A program made the translations under genes and the position numbers. The notes under the pieces were generated by a model. It was not told where the DNA came from. It did no database searches and worked only from the letters and a program-made list of their open reading frames with translations. Positions 38,666 to 48,496 of a DNA stretch of 57,365 bases are shown here, in pieces. Each line of letters opens with the position of its first letter. The first letter of the stretch is position 1. The stretch comes from a bacterium (GTDB lineage: Bacteria > JADJOY01). The stretch covers positions 1 through 57,365 of the forward strand of contig JAXLQJ010000047.1 of the NCBI GenBank assembly GCA_046331705.1. Direction: 5' to 3'.

Positions 38666-39520
38666 TCACAGGTACTTGCCGGCGATCAGGCTCAGGCGCT
38701 CGCGGACTTCGACCGAGATGAGCGAGCGATCGGTCAAGATCGCGTGCTCGAGCGCCTTGGGACAGCCGCAGCTGCGCACCCCCGGGATCTGCGTCACCGC
38801 CAGCTTCAGGATGCGCTGCGCGGTCTCGACGTTGGTGCGCATGATCTCGAGCACCGCCTCGATCGAGACGTCTTCCTCGGTTTCGTGCCAGCAGTCGTAG
38901 TCCGTCGACAGCGCCAGCGTCGCGTAGCAGATCTCCGCCTCCCGCGCGAGCTTCGCCTCCGGGATGTTGGTCATCCCGATCACGTCGACGCCCCAGGTCC
39001 GGTAGACCTTGGACTCGGCGCGCGTCGAGAACTGCGGGCCTTCCATGCACAGATAGGTGCCGCCCTTGTGCACGGTGGCGTTGGCCTGGTCGGCCGCGTC
39101 GCCGATGATCTTCCACAAGACCGGGCAGACGGGGTCCGCGAACGTCACGTGCGCGGCGACTCCGTTGCCGAAGAACGTCGGGACCCGCGACTTGGTGCGG
39201 TCGAAGAACTGATCCGGCACCACCATGTGGCCCGGGTGGATGTGTTCCTTCATGCTGCCGACGGCGCTCACCGAGAAGATCCACTCGACACCGAGCTGCT
39301 TCATGCCGTGGATGTTGGCGCGGAAGTTGATCTCGTGCGGGAGGATGCGATGCCCGCGGCCGTGCCGGGACAGAAACACCATCTTGGTGCCTGCCAGCGA
39401 ACCGACGATGTACGAGTCGGAGGGATCTCCGAACGGAGTCGAGAGGCGCACTTCCTCGATTCCCTCGAGCGACTCCATCACGTACAGACCGCTTCCTCCG
39501 ATGACTCCAACCGTCGCCAT
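38666..39520 (-). CDS. mtnP: S-methyl-5'-thioadenosine phosphorylase
   Basis: GVIGGSG, TPFGDPS, RHGRGH, MEGPQFSTRAES, GMTNIPEAKLARE and TDYDCWH. Confidence 0.95.
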   Translation of the reverse strand: MATVGVIGGSGLYVMESLEGIEEVRLSTPFGDPSDSYIVGSLAGTKMVFLSRHGRGHRILPHEINFRANIHGMKQLGVEWIFSVSAVGSMKEHIHPGHMVVPDQFFDRTKSRVPTFFGNGVAAHVTFADPVCPVLWKIIGDAADQANATVHKGGTYLCMEGPQFSTRAESKVYRTWGVDVIGMTNIPEAKLAREAEICYATLALSTDYDCWHETEEDVSIEAVLEIMRTNVETAQRILKLAVTQIPGVRSCGCPKALEHAILTDRSLISVEVRERLSLIAGKYL

Positions 39521-39575
39521 GCATCCTCCTCGGCCGTTCGCGGGACCCACGCGGGCACCCGATTCGCTCGGCAGC

Positions 39576-40688
39576 TCAATGAGTGATCTTCGGTTCCGTT
39601 CGCCCAAGCATGCCACACGCCGCGCTCACGTCGGCCCCGCGGGTGCGGCGAACCATGACCGCGTAGCCGTCGGCGCGCAGGCCCTCGGCGAACGCCTCGA
39701 TCCGTTCGAGCGGCGACGATCGGTACGGCGCCTCGGGAAACGCGTTGAACGGGATGAGGTTGACCTTGCAGCGCGTGCCGCGCAGCAGTTTGGCGAGGCG
39801 TCGTCGATCCGCGTCCGAGTCGTTCACGCCGTCGAGCATCGTGTACTCGAACGTGATTCGGCTGCGCTTCGCGAGCGGCAGCGCGGCGCATGCGGCCAGC
39901 AGCGCGTGCAAGCCGTAGCGGCGATTCGAGGGCACCAGCTCGCTGCGCGAGGCCTCGGTGGTGGCGTGCAACGACACCGCGAGCTCCACCTTGGTGCGCC
40001 GGAGCAGCTCCTCCATCTGCGGCACCAACCCCACGGTGGACACGGTGATCCGACGCGGCGAGATGGCCAACCCGGAGGATTGGGTCAGGATGTCGATCGC
40101 GGCGATGACGTGGTCGAGATTCGCGAGCGGCTCGCCCTGCCCCATGAACACCAGGTTGGTGATGCGGGCGTCGGCGCCGGCGTGCGCGGCGGCCGCCATC
40201 ACCTGCCCGACGATCTCGCCCGGGCGTAGATTGCGCCCGAAGCCGCGGTAGCCGGTGAGACAGAAGCGGCAGGCATACGCGCAACCGACCTGGCTCGACA
40301 CGCAGAGCGTCAGGCGCCGCCCATCGGGAATCAGCACGGATTCCACGGCGCGGCCATCGGCGAGACCGAACAAGAACTTCTCGGTGCCGTCGCCGGCCCG
40401 CACCACCTCGAGCACCGGAAGGTCCGAGAAGCGCAGCTCCCCCTCGAGCCGGGCGCGCAGCTCCTTCGAGAGCGTGTGCATCGCGGCGAAGGTGCGATGG
40501 CCGCGCTTGTAGACGAACCCCCAGATCTGATCGGCGCGAAACGGCGCCTCGCCGAGCGAGCCGAGGATCGCGCGCAGCTCGGGAAGCGTGAGGTCGCGCA
40601 AGTCCGGACGCGCGTCGCCGCCGCCGACCGTCGCCTCCGGATGTGGCGTGCCCACGGCCTCGTCGCGAGTCTCCGAGCCTTCCGCCAT
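39576..40688 (-). CDS. rlmN: 23S rRNA/tRNA m2A methyltransferase RlmN (radical SAM)
   Basis: DGTEKFL, CVSSQVGCAYACRFC, FMGQGEPL, SLHA, EYTML.GVND and AACGML. Confidence 0.93.
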   Translation of the reverse strand: MAEGSETRDEAVGTPHPEATVGGGDARPDLRDLTLPELRAILGSLGEAPFRADQIWGFVYKRGHRTFAAMHTLSKELRARLEGELRFSDLPVLEVVRAGDGTEKFLFGLADGRAVESVLIPDGRRLTLCVSSQVGCAYACRFCLTGYRGFGRNLRPGEIVGQVMAAAAHAGADARITNLVFMGQGEPLANLDHVIAAIDILTQSSGLAISPRRITVSTVGLVPQMEELLRRTKVELAVSLHATTEASRSELVPSNRRYGLHALLAACAALPLAKRSRITFEYTMLDGVNDSDADRRRLAKLLRGTRCKVNLIPFNAFPEAPYRSSPLERIEAFAEGLRADGYAVMVRRTRGADVSAACGMLGRTEPKITH

Positions 40689-40692
40689 CGCT

Positions 40693-41358
40693 TCAGCTCG
40701 CCGCCGCGGCACCGGGGCGGAGGTAGCGTAGATAGACGAAGCCGTCGACGACGCGTACGTCGCCGAGCGCGAGCTCGCGCAGCGCCCGCGCAGCCGCCCC
40801 GCGAGCCCTGGGCAGGCCGCCGCCGCAGCGCGGGCTCAAGGTCAGACACACCTCGTCGACACGGTCGCTCTCGAGGAACGCCGCGGCGATCGTCGGGCCG
40901 CCCTCCACCAGCAAGCGCGCGACGCCGCGGCGCGCCAGCGCGGCGATCGCAGCGTCGACCAGCCCTGCACGGGAGTCGAGGACCTCGATCTCGGCGCGCG
41001 CGGCGTGGCGCGCCGCACGCGCTGCGCCGACGGCCGACACCAGCAGCAAGGGACGCGGCTCGGCCGCAGCGAAGAGCCGCGCGTCTCCCGCGAGCTCGCC
41101 CGCCGCCGACACCACCACGGGCAGCGGCTGCTCGCTCATGCCGGCCGCCAGACGCTCGGTCCGGCGCGCCGGCGACCGCACCGAGAGCGTCGGATTCTCG
41201 CCACGGATCGTGGCGGCGCCCACCAGCACCGCGTCACTCGCCGCCCGCACGGCGTCCATCCAGCTGCGATCGTGACGGCTGGAGAGCTCCGCCGATCCGC
41301 CGTGCCGATCGACGACGCCGCCGTCGATCCCGAGCACCGAGTTGAGGGTGACCCACAC
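40693..41358 (-). CDS. RibD C-terminal-type reductase (dihydrofolate reductase family)
   Basis: IDG, RAASDAVLVGAATIRGENP, LLVEGGPT and VDEV. Confidence 0.85.
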   Translation of the reverse strand: MWVTLNSVLGIDGGVVDRHGGSAELSSRHDRSWMDAVRAASDAVLVGAATIRGENPTLSVRSPARRTERLAAGMSEQPLPVVVSAAGELAGDARLFAAAEPRPLLLVSAVGAARAARHAARAEIEVLDSRAGLVDAAIAALARRGVARLLVEGGPTIAAAFLESDRVDEVCLTLSPRCGGGLPRARGAAARALRELALGDVRVVDGFVYLRYLRPGAAAAS

Positions 41359-41525
41359 GTCGTCTCCGATCCCATCCCGCGTCGGCGCGCCCGGACGAGG
41401 ACCCGCTCCGAGCTGCCCGCGCGAACGCGGAGCATAGCCCGCGTCGCCGCGCGTCGGCCGTCCCGGCCTCCTTCCGCGCTCCCCGTCTTGACCGGACCCG
41501 GCAGGTCGGTTTTCCTCCGCGCGCC

Positions 41526-43046
41526 GTGTCGATCGAAGATCCTTCCGTCCCCAAGGTGGCGTTCAGCGCCGAACCGCTCGACCGCAGCCGCGTCGATGCG
41601 CTGATCGTTCCCGTGCTGGAAGGCGAGAAGCACGATCGCGGGCCCACGTTCGCCACCCTCGACCGCGCGCTCGAAGGCTGGCTGAGCGAGCTGGTTCAAG
41701 ACCAGGCGTTCCGCGCCAAGCCGTGTTGCGTGCTGAGCGTGCCGGCCCCGAGCGGCGCGTCCCCGAAGCGCTACGTGCTGGTCGGGATGGGGCCGGCGGC
41801 GAAGGTGGACACGGGGCTCGTGCGCCGGGTGCACGCCAAGGCGGTGCGCTCGCTCGCGCCCGGCGCCCAATCCGTCGCGATCCCGCTCCCCGGCGCGGAA
41901 GGCGCCGACTGGCTCGCCGCCGCGATCGAGGGGCTCGCCCTGGGCTCCTACTCGTTCCTGCGCTACCGCAGCAGCAACGAGGATCCGCCGCCCTGCGTGC
42001 GGCGCATCGTCGTCCACACCGCACGGCGCGACGACATCCTGGAGCGGGCGGTGCGCGAGGCGCAGGTCGCCTGCGCCGCGACGCATTGGGCGCGCGATCT
42101 GGTGAACGAGCCGCCCAGCGCCATGGGGCCAGCCCACATCGCCGCGCAAGCCCGTCGCTTCGAGCGGCGCGGCGGGCTGCGCGTTCGGGTCCTCGGCAAG
42201 CGCGAGCTCGAGCGACGTGGCATGGGCGGGATCCTCGGCGTCGCGGCGGGCAGCGAGTCCGAACCGAAGCTGATCCACGTCGAGTATCAACCCAGCGGTC
42301 GCGCGACGCATTCCGTGGCGCTGATCGGCAAGGGCGTCACCTTCGACTCGGGCGGGCTCTCGCTCAAGCCGCCCGCCTCGATGACCACGATGAAATGCGA
42401 CATGGCGGGCGCCGCCGCGGTGCTCGCCGTGGTCCGCGCCGCGAGCCAGCTGCGGCTCAAGGTGCGCGTCCACGCGGTGGTTCCGGCGGCGGAGAACATG
42501 CCCGGGCCACGCGCGATCAAGCCCGGCGACGTGCTCACCATCGCCAACGGCAAGACCGTCGAGGTGCTGAACACGGATGCCGAGGGACGGCTGCTGCTCG
42601 CGGACGCGCTCACCTACGCAGAGGAGCTGCGCGTCGACGAGGTGATCGACCTCGCCACGCTGACCGGTGCCTGCGTGATCGCGCTGGGCAACGACGTCGC
42701 CGCCGTGTATTCGCGCGATCCCGATCTCGCGATCCGGCTGCGCCGGGCCGGGGACGCGGCAGGTGAGCCGCTCTGGGAGATGCCGCTGGTCGAGGCCTAC
42801 AAGAAAGAGATCAAGAGCGACATCGCCGATCTCAAGAACGTCGGCGGTCGATTCGCGGGTAGCATCACCGCCGCGTTGTTCCTCTCCGAGTTCGTCAAGA
42901 CCGAACGCTGGGCGCATCTCGACATCGCCGGTCCCGCCTTCGCCGAGACGCCGCCGGACCTCGGCCCCAAGGGCGCAACCGGGTTCGCGGTGCGCACGCT
43001 GCTGCGTTACCTGATCGCGCTCGGCGAGCCGCAAGCGTCGAGCTGA
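41526..43046 (+). CDS. pepA: Leucyl aminopeptidase (M17)
   Basis: GKGVTFDSGG, MKCDMAGAA, NTDAEGRL, DLATLTGA and WAHLDIAG. Confidence 0.95.
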   Translation: MSIEDPSVPKVAFSAEPLDRSRVDALIVPVLEGEKHDRGPTFATLDRALEGWLSELVQDQAFRAKPCCVLSVPAPSGASPKRYVLVGMGPAAKVDTGLVRRVHAKAVRSLAPGAQSVAIPLPGAEGADWLAAAIEGLALGSYSFLRYRSSNEDPPPCVRRIVVHTARRDDILERAVREAQVACAATHWARDLVNEPPSAMGPAHIAAQARRFERRGGLRVRVLGKRELERRGMGGILGVAAGSESEPKLIHVEYQPSGRATHSVALIGKGVTFDSGGLSLKPPASMTTMKCDMAGAAAVLAVVRAASQLRLKVRVHAVVPAAENMPGPRAIKPGDVLTIANGKTVEVLNTDAEGRLLLADALTYAEELRVDEVIDLATLTGACVIALGNDVAAVYSRDPDLAIRLRRAGDAAGEPLWEMPLVEAYKKEIKSDIADLKNVGGRFAGSITAALFLSEFVKTERWAHLDIAGPAFAETPPDLGPKGATGFAVRTLLRYLIALGEPQASS

Positions 43047-43079
43047 TCCCCGCCCACGCGGGGCCGGCGCGGCGCGCGC

Positions 43080-44741
43080 TCATTTGCCGTCGAGAACCTC
43101 GAACACCGACATCGGCTTCGACACGTTCTTGAACTGCACCGGCCCCAGCTCGCCGAGTGTCACGCTCGACCGGACTCGCTCCGCGGTCTCGGGTCCGATC
43201 AAGATCTGACCCTGGGTGGCGTGCGCCCCGAGGCGCGCCGACACGTTGGTCACCATGCCGGTCGCCGTGTAGGTCCAGCGCGACCCCGCGAGCCCCTCGA
43301 TGCGCCGCGATCCCACGGTCACGACCCCGGTGTTGATCCCCATGTTCACGTGGATCGGATCGAAGTCGGTGAGCCGCTCGTTGACCTCCCGCGTCTTGCG
43401 GCGGATGGCCACCGCCGCGCGCACGGCGTTTCGCGCGTGGGCCTCGGGCTCGGGCGCCTGGAAGATGATCATCAAGCCATCGCCGGCGGTCTCGTTGATG
43501 TCCCCGCCGTTGGCGTAGATGTCGTCGATGAAGGACGAGAAATAGGTCTCGACCAGGAAGCTGACCTGGTCGCGATCGAGCGCCTCCGTGAGCTTCGTGT
43601 AGCCGCCGATGTCGAGGAACAACACGGACGCGTCGGCATCCATCGCCGCGAGCTCCGGTGCGTCGGGGCTCGCCTCCACGAGCTTCTTGACGGTTTCGGG
43701 GACGAACTTGGCGAGGTGACGCTTGGCGCGATCGAGCAGCTCGATCCGCCGCAGCGCCTGCGCGAGCTCCTCGTTGAGGCGCCGCAGGTCCGCGGTCATG
43801 GTCAGGCTGCGCAACACCAGCGCCGCCTGATTGCCGATCATGGTCGAGAGGTCGAGATCCTTGTTGGTGAAGGCAGCCGTCGCCGCGCGGCTGTCGAGCT
43901 GGATCGCGCCGCGCACCTGTTGCTCGTCCCACAGCGGCACCAGGATCCCGGACTGAATCTTGGAGGCCACCAGGCTCTCGGCTCCGCCAAAGCCCTCCAC
44001 GTCGCGGAACAGCACGGCCTCGCGACGCTCCGTGAGCTCCTTGAGCAACGTCTGGCTGGGCGGCGAGATCGGCTGGTTGGCGTGCGCGTCGCGCGCCCAC
44101 ACCCGCACTCGCTCGAACGCCTCGCCGCCGGACGGTCCGCGCAGGAACACGGACACGTGGGTGGCCGCCGGGAAGAACTCGGCCAGCAGCGGCACCAGCT
44201 CGTCGAGGAGATGGTCCTGGCCGGCGACGTCGTTCATGCGCTTGAGCACGCGATAGAGGCAGCGCAGCGACTGGCGATCCTCCTCGATGCGCAGCGAAAC
44301 CAGCTCGGACTGGTCGACGCGATTGACGCCGAGGATCGTCCGCATCGCAGCACCCGCCTCGACGACGCGGCCGAGACGCGAGTCGTCCGCGACCGCGGCC
44401 GGCGCGTCCGGCTGGCCGCTCAACCGCAGCGACAGGACCACGGGCCGCTCCTCGTCGCCGAGCAAGAGCTCGTCGCCGTCGAGCAGGTCGACCTGGAACG
44501 CGCACGCCTCGTCCACGTGCACCAGCGCGCGACCGCGCCGGCGGCGCGAGCCGTTGCTGCTCTCGAGATCGCGGTAGACCCAGCCGGCTCCGGTCCAGGT
44601 GAGCTCGCCATGGTGTCGCGAGACGTCCACCTCGGGCACCACCACGTCGTTGGCATCGCCGCGCCCGACGGTGACGCGCTCGCGGGACGAATCGCAGACG
44701 AGCCGCTCGCCGAGAAAGACCTGGGCTCGGTGCGTGCTCAT
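43080..44741 (-). CDS. FHA - GAF - class III nucleotidyl cyclase
   Basis: FHA (VGRG, VSRHH, DLESSNGS), GAF (ILVPLW, IQLDS, FTNKDLDL) and cyclase (LFLDIGGYT, NETAGDG, GINTG, NVSARL). Confidence 0.9.
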   Translation of the reverse strand: MSTHRAQVFLGERLVCDSSRERVTVGRGDANDVVVPEVDVSRHHGELTWTGAGWVYRDLESSNGSRRRRGRALVHVDEACAFQVDLLDGDELLLGDEERPVVLSLRLSGQPDAPAAVADDSRLGRVVEAGAAMRTILGVNRVDQSELVSLRIEEDRQSLRCLYRVLKRMNDVAGQDHLLDELVPLLAEFFPAATHVSVFLRGPSGGEAFERVRVWARDAHANQPISPPSQTLLKELTERREAVLFRDVEGFGGAESLVASKIQSGILVPLWDEQQVRGAIQLDSRAATAAFTNKDLDLSTMIGNQAALVLRSLTMTADLRRLNEELAQALRRIELLDRAKRHLAKFVPETVKKLVEASPDAPELAAMDADASVLFLDIGGYTKLTEALDRDQVSFLVETYFSSFIDDIYANGGDINETAGDGLMIIFQAPEPEAHARNAVRAAVAIRRKTREVNERLTDFDPIHVNMGINTGVVTVGSRRIEGLAGSRWTYTATGMVTNVSARLGAHATQGQILIGPETAERVRSSVTLGELGPVQFKNVSKPMSVFEVLDGK

Positions 44742-44926
44742 GGCGCGGGCTCGAGGTGGGTCGCGCACCACCCGGTGCCGGATCGCGCGCCAGACTACTA
44801 CAGCCGGCGCGGCGCACACGCTCGATCGGCGGGGCGCCAGCGCGACGCACGGTGCGGCGCCACGCCAGCGAGCGGCGCACGAACGAGGTTGCGCGGCGGC
44901 GGCGGCTGTTCGATTCTTCGAGCCCC

Positions 44927-45997
44927 ATGGCCCTCCCGCGCCCGAGCCAAGTCACCCGCGCCCTCGGCGCCGCGCTCGCTGGCGTGCTCGTGCTGAGCGG
45001 CGTCGTGGGAGTCCCGGGCTGCGGTGGCGAGCACGACGCGGTCTCGACGAGCTCGGGAACGGTCCACGTGCGCACGGAGCTCGGGCGGGCACCGCATTGC
45101 GCGGACAACGAGCCGTGCATCGACGAGTACCAGCGCTTCGTGGAGCTGGCGGCGCCCCACGCACGGCCCATCGACCAGGCGACGCTCGACGGCAGCCTCC
45201 TCGCCATCGCTCGCGGCGAGGTTCCAGTGCTCGAGTCGACGTTGCCGCCCTCCGACGTCCGCGCGGCGGTGATCGACGGGCTCGGCATCGCGTTCCTGCT
45301 CGACGACCTCGCCACCAGCGCGCTCGACGTGATCGTCACCGCGGAGCACGCCAGCGAGTACTTCCGCGAGACGGACCTGGTCCTCGTCGACCCCTGGGTG
45401 GGCGAGGTACCGGCGATCTTGCTGCGGCCGCTCGGCCCGGGACCGTATCCGGCGGTGGTCGCCGTCCACGGCCACGGCGACGACGCGGCCATCTACCGCG
45501 ACAGCTACCACGGCAGCGAGTACCCCGGGCACGGCTACGCGATCCTGATGCTCACCATGCGCGCGATGGGCATCGACGCCGACGAGCACGCGATCTCGCG
45601 CGAGCTGCTGCGCGAGGGCTTCAGCCTGATCGGGCTACGCGTCTACGAATCGCTGCTCGGTCTCGAGTATCTGCGCTCGCGCGACGACGTACGGGCCGAT
45701 CGCGTCGGGCTGATCGGACACTCGGGCGGCTCGAGCACCGGCAATCTCACGGTTCGCGTCATGCCGGCGAACGCCGACGAGGGCTTCCAGGCCTACGTCT
45801 CCGACCACCACGTGAACTACTTCAGCTCGAGCCCCGTCGAGCCGTACCACTGCGAGACCGTGCCGGCCCTCTACCCCTACCATCCGGCGATCGACGACCT
45901 CGCGCGCGCGCCGGTGCCCGCGCTGACCGTCCCGTACGCCTATCCGTTCGGCGTGGCCGGGATCTTCCGTTTCTTCGACGAGCAGCTGAAGCGCTGA
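44927..45997 (+). CDS. Alpha/beta hydrolase lipoprotein (acetylxylan esterase/dienelactone hydrolase-like)
   Basis: Lipobox-like VPGC, GPYPAVVAVHGH and nucleophile elbow GHSGG. Confidence 0.75.
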   Translation: MALPRPSQVTRALGAALAGVLVLSGVVGVPGCGGEHDAVSTSSGTVHVRTELGRAPHCADNEPCIDEYQRFVELAAPHARPIDQATLDGSLLAIARGEVPVLESTLPPSDVRAAVIDGLGIAFLLDDLATSALDVIVTAEHASEYFRETDLVLVDPWVGEVPAILLRPLGPGPYPAVVAVHGHGDDAAIYRDSYHGSEYPGHGYAILMLTMRAMGIDADEHAISRELLREGFSLIGLRVYESLLGLEYLRSRDDVRADRVGLIGHSGGSSTGNLTVRVMPANADEGFQAYVSDHHVNYFSSSPVEPYHCETVPALYPYHPAIDDLARAPVPALTVPYAYPFGVAGIFRFFDEQLKR

Positions 45998-46010
45998 ATC
46001 GCCCGCGCCG

Positions 46011-47150
46011 TCACGCGCGGGGCTTGCGCGCCACGAGCGCGAAATCCTGAGGCGCGAAGAGCAGCCCGTTGAGGAGCTCGAAGTTTCGGTTGATGGCCTC
46101 GAGCTGATCGCGGGTGGTGCTCGGCAGATCGGGGTCGATGGGAACGATCCGCAGCCGCGCGTCCTCGGGCACCGGCGAGAGGTAGCGGATCTCCACCTCC
46201 TCGAAGCCGATGCTCTCGACCACGAAGCGCAGGCTGCGCGGCGCGATCGGCGTGCGGTGCGTCCAGTCGGCGAAGAAGTTCCGCGTGACGGCGCTCAGGC
46301 TCTCGGCGTTGATGGTCTCGGCGATCAGCAATCCGCCGGGCCTCAGCGCCCGGTGGGCGAGCCCCAGGAACGCCTGCACCGCCGCGGGCTCGAAATGCTC
46401 GATCACCTGCGCCGAGAACACGCCGCCGAGGCTCGCTGCAGGCATGCCGCGCAGGTGCGCAAGCGCATCGCCGCGCGTGACGTCGAGGCCATCCTGGACG
46501 CAACGCTCCACCAGCTCCGCGTTCACGTCCACCCCGGAAGCGCCGATGCCGCGCGCCCGTAGCGCGGCGAGGAACTCACCGCGGCCGCAGCCGACGTCGA
46601 GGACGGGTGCCGCGTCGGCGAAGAGCTCGGTGTAGAGCGCGAAGCGCGCGCGAATCTCCTCCTCGCTGCCGCGAAAGCGCGTCACGAACTCGCGGTAGAG
46701 ATGCTCGCCGAAGCCGCTCGCGAGCGCGGATCCCGGCTCGGCGCTCGCCAGCACCGCCGCCAGCGCCTGCGACGTCTTGAGCGCGAGCTCCTCGCGCAGC
46801 GTGCGCAGCACTCCCGCCTCGACCCCGTGGAGCTCGCGGTGCAAGGTCTCGTGGACCAGCTCGATCCGCCGCGACAGCAGCGCGGCTTCGGGCGACGCGA
46901 GCTGCCCCGCGGTGTCGCTGGTCGGCGGGACCGGCGCGTCGAGCTCCGCGAGGCGCGCGGCGACGGCGCGATTGAACGCCTCCTGGCGCGCGAGCAACGG
47001 CGCCAGCCCGAAGCGAATCAGCCGCCCCCACGCCCGCTTGAGCGCCACCACCCAGGGTCCGATCACGGGCCGGTGGCTCTCGATGCGCGCGTCCCCGCCC
47101 ACGCGGGCCAACTCCACGAGCTGGGCGGCGCTCGTGGGAGCGTCGCTCAC
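46011..47150 (-). CDS. Class I SAM-dependent methyltransferase with N-terminal coiled coil, candidate glycan chain-terminating methylase
   Basis: GTGA-coupled to wzt. RFRGSEE.IR, VLDVGCGRGEF, QVIEH and LRPGG.LIAET.N. Confidence 0.85.
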   Translation of the reverse strand: MSDAPTSAAQLVELARVGGDARIESHRPVIGPWVVALKRAWGRLIRFGLAPLLARQEAFNRAVAARLAELDAPVPPTSDTAGQLASPEAALLSRRIELVHETLHRELHGVEAGVLRTLREELALKTSQALAAVLASAEPGSALASGFGEHLYREFVTRFRGSEEEIRARFALYTELFADAAPVLDVGCGRGEFLAALRARGIGASGVDVNAELVERCVQDGLDVTRGDALAHLRGMPAASLGGVFSAQVIEHFEPAAVQAFLGLAHRALRPGGLLIAETINAESLSAVTRNFFADWTHRTPIAPRSLRFVVESIGFEEVEIRYLSPVPEDARLRIVPIDPDLPSTTRDQLEAINRNFELLNGLLFAPQDFALVARKPRA

Positions 47151-48496
47151 GCGAAGCTCCAGGTGTGCCGGGGCCGATACACGCCCACGTCCCCCACGGC
47201 CGAGCGGATCGCGAACGACCAGCGGCGCGTGTGGTAGTCGTAGGCGTAACCGTCCTCGGCGTGCACCGCGACGTCCACCAGGTAGTCGCCGGCGATGAGC
47301 TCCAGCGACTCGAGGGCGCAGGTCACGACGCCCTCGCGTTCGATGGTGTCGGGGTCCGCGCGGTCGATGTGCGTGTTGGTGCCGTAGCAGCACACGCCGT
47401 CGGGCCGAAAGATCCCGATGCCGAACACCGGACGCGGCACCGCCTTGTGGACCGTGTAGCGAATGGCGATGGTCACGGCCTCGCCACTCTCGTACACGTA
47501 GCGCGCCGCGCCGGTGCCATCGACGAGCTGCACGTCGACGATCTCGATCTCGCGCGTTCCCCAGCGATTGCGCTCGGGATGCTCGGTGGTCGCCTGCCCG
47601 ACCTCGCCCATGTTGACCGCCACTCGGGCGGTCTGCTCGTTCTGGGTCTGCTCGGCGGCGCGGCGATGCTCACCCGACAGGCGCCGCTCCTCGCCCTCGG
47701 CCACCATCCGGCGGTAGGTGTCGATCACGCGCCGCGGCCCGCCCCATTCGACGAGATGGCCGTGATCGAGCAGCACCACCTCGTCGCACCAGCGCTCGAT
47801 GGCGCCCAGATCGTGGGTGACGAGCACGATCGTCTTGCCGCGGCGTTTGAAGTCCGCGACCCGCTCCTGGCATTTGTGGATGAAGGCCTCGTCGCCGACG
47901 GCGAGCACCTCGTCCACGATCAAGATGTCCGGATCGACGTGGATGGCGATCGAGAACCCGAGTCGCATGTACATGCCCGACGAGTAGGTCCGCACCGGAT
48001 CGTCGATGAAGTCCTCGAGGTCCGCGAACGCCACGATCTCGTGGAACTTGCGCTCGATGTAGTCCTTCTTGAGCCCGAGCACGAGCCCGTTGAGGAAGAT
48101 GTTCTCTCGTCCCGTGAACTCCGGATGGAAGCCCGCGCCGAGCTCGATGAGCGCGGAGACCCGGCCGTGGATGTGGATCTGGCCGGCGTCCGGCTTGTAG
48201 ATGCCGGTCACCAGCTTGAGCAGCGTCGACTTGCCCGACCCGTTGTGGCCGATGACGCCGAGCGTCTTGCCTTCCTCGACGCGCAGGTGGATGTCGTCGA
48301 GCGCCGTGAGGAAGTTGCCGCGCCGGGTCTTGCGGGTGAAGAGGTTCTCGAGCAGCCCGCGCAGCAACCGCGTCTTGACCGTGGTGTAACCGCGGCTGAG
48401 CGTGCGCTTGCGGAAGCGCTTGGTGACGCCGACCAGCTCGATCGCCGGCGGCCGGCGGCGGCTCTCGCCCTTCCCGTTGCTCGTCGCGCGCGCCAT
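47147..48496 (-). CDS. wzt: Polysaccharide ABC exporter ATPase with C-terminal carbohydrate-binding module
   Basis: GHNGSGKST, ELGAGFHPEFTGRENI, YSSGM and DEVLAVGD; Wzt-C domain (RWG.., GTNT, G.Y.V.V). Confidence 0.95.
   Translation of the reverse strand: MARATSNGKGESRRRPPAIELVGVTKRFRKRTLSRGYTTVKTRLLRGLLENLFTRKTRRGNFLTALDDIHLRVEEGKTLGVIGHNGSGKSTLLKLVTGIYKPDAGQIHIHGRVSALIELGAGFHPEFTGRENIFLNGLVLGLKKDYIERKFHEIVAFADLEDFIDDPVRTYSSGMYMRLGFSIAIHVDPDILIVDEVLAVGDEAFIHKCQERVADFKRRGKTIVLVTHDLGAIERWCDEVVLLDHGHLVEWGGPRRVIDTYRRMVAEGEERRLSGEHRRAAEQTQNEQTARVAVNMGEVGQATTEHPERNRWGTREIEIVDVQLVDGTGAARYVYESGEAVTIAIRYTVHKAVPRPVFGIGIFRPDGVCCYGTNTHIDRADPDTIEREGVVTCALESLELIAGDYLVDVAVHAEDGYAYDYHTRRWSFAIRSAVGDVGVYRPRHTWSFA

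Noticed and set aside
38666-40688. mtnP as a dedicated salvage enzyme for the radical SAM cluster
   Set aside because: mtnP next to rlmN is adequately explained as housekeeping, and it lies 15 kb from the glycan rSAM genes.
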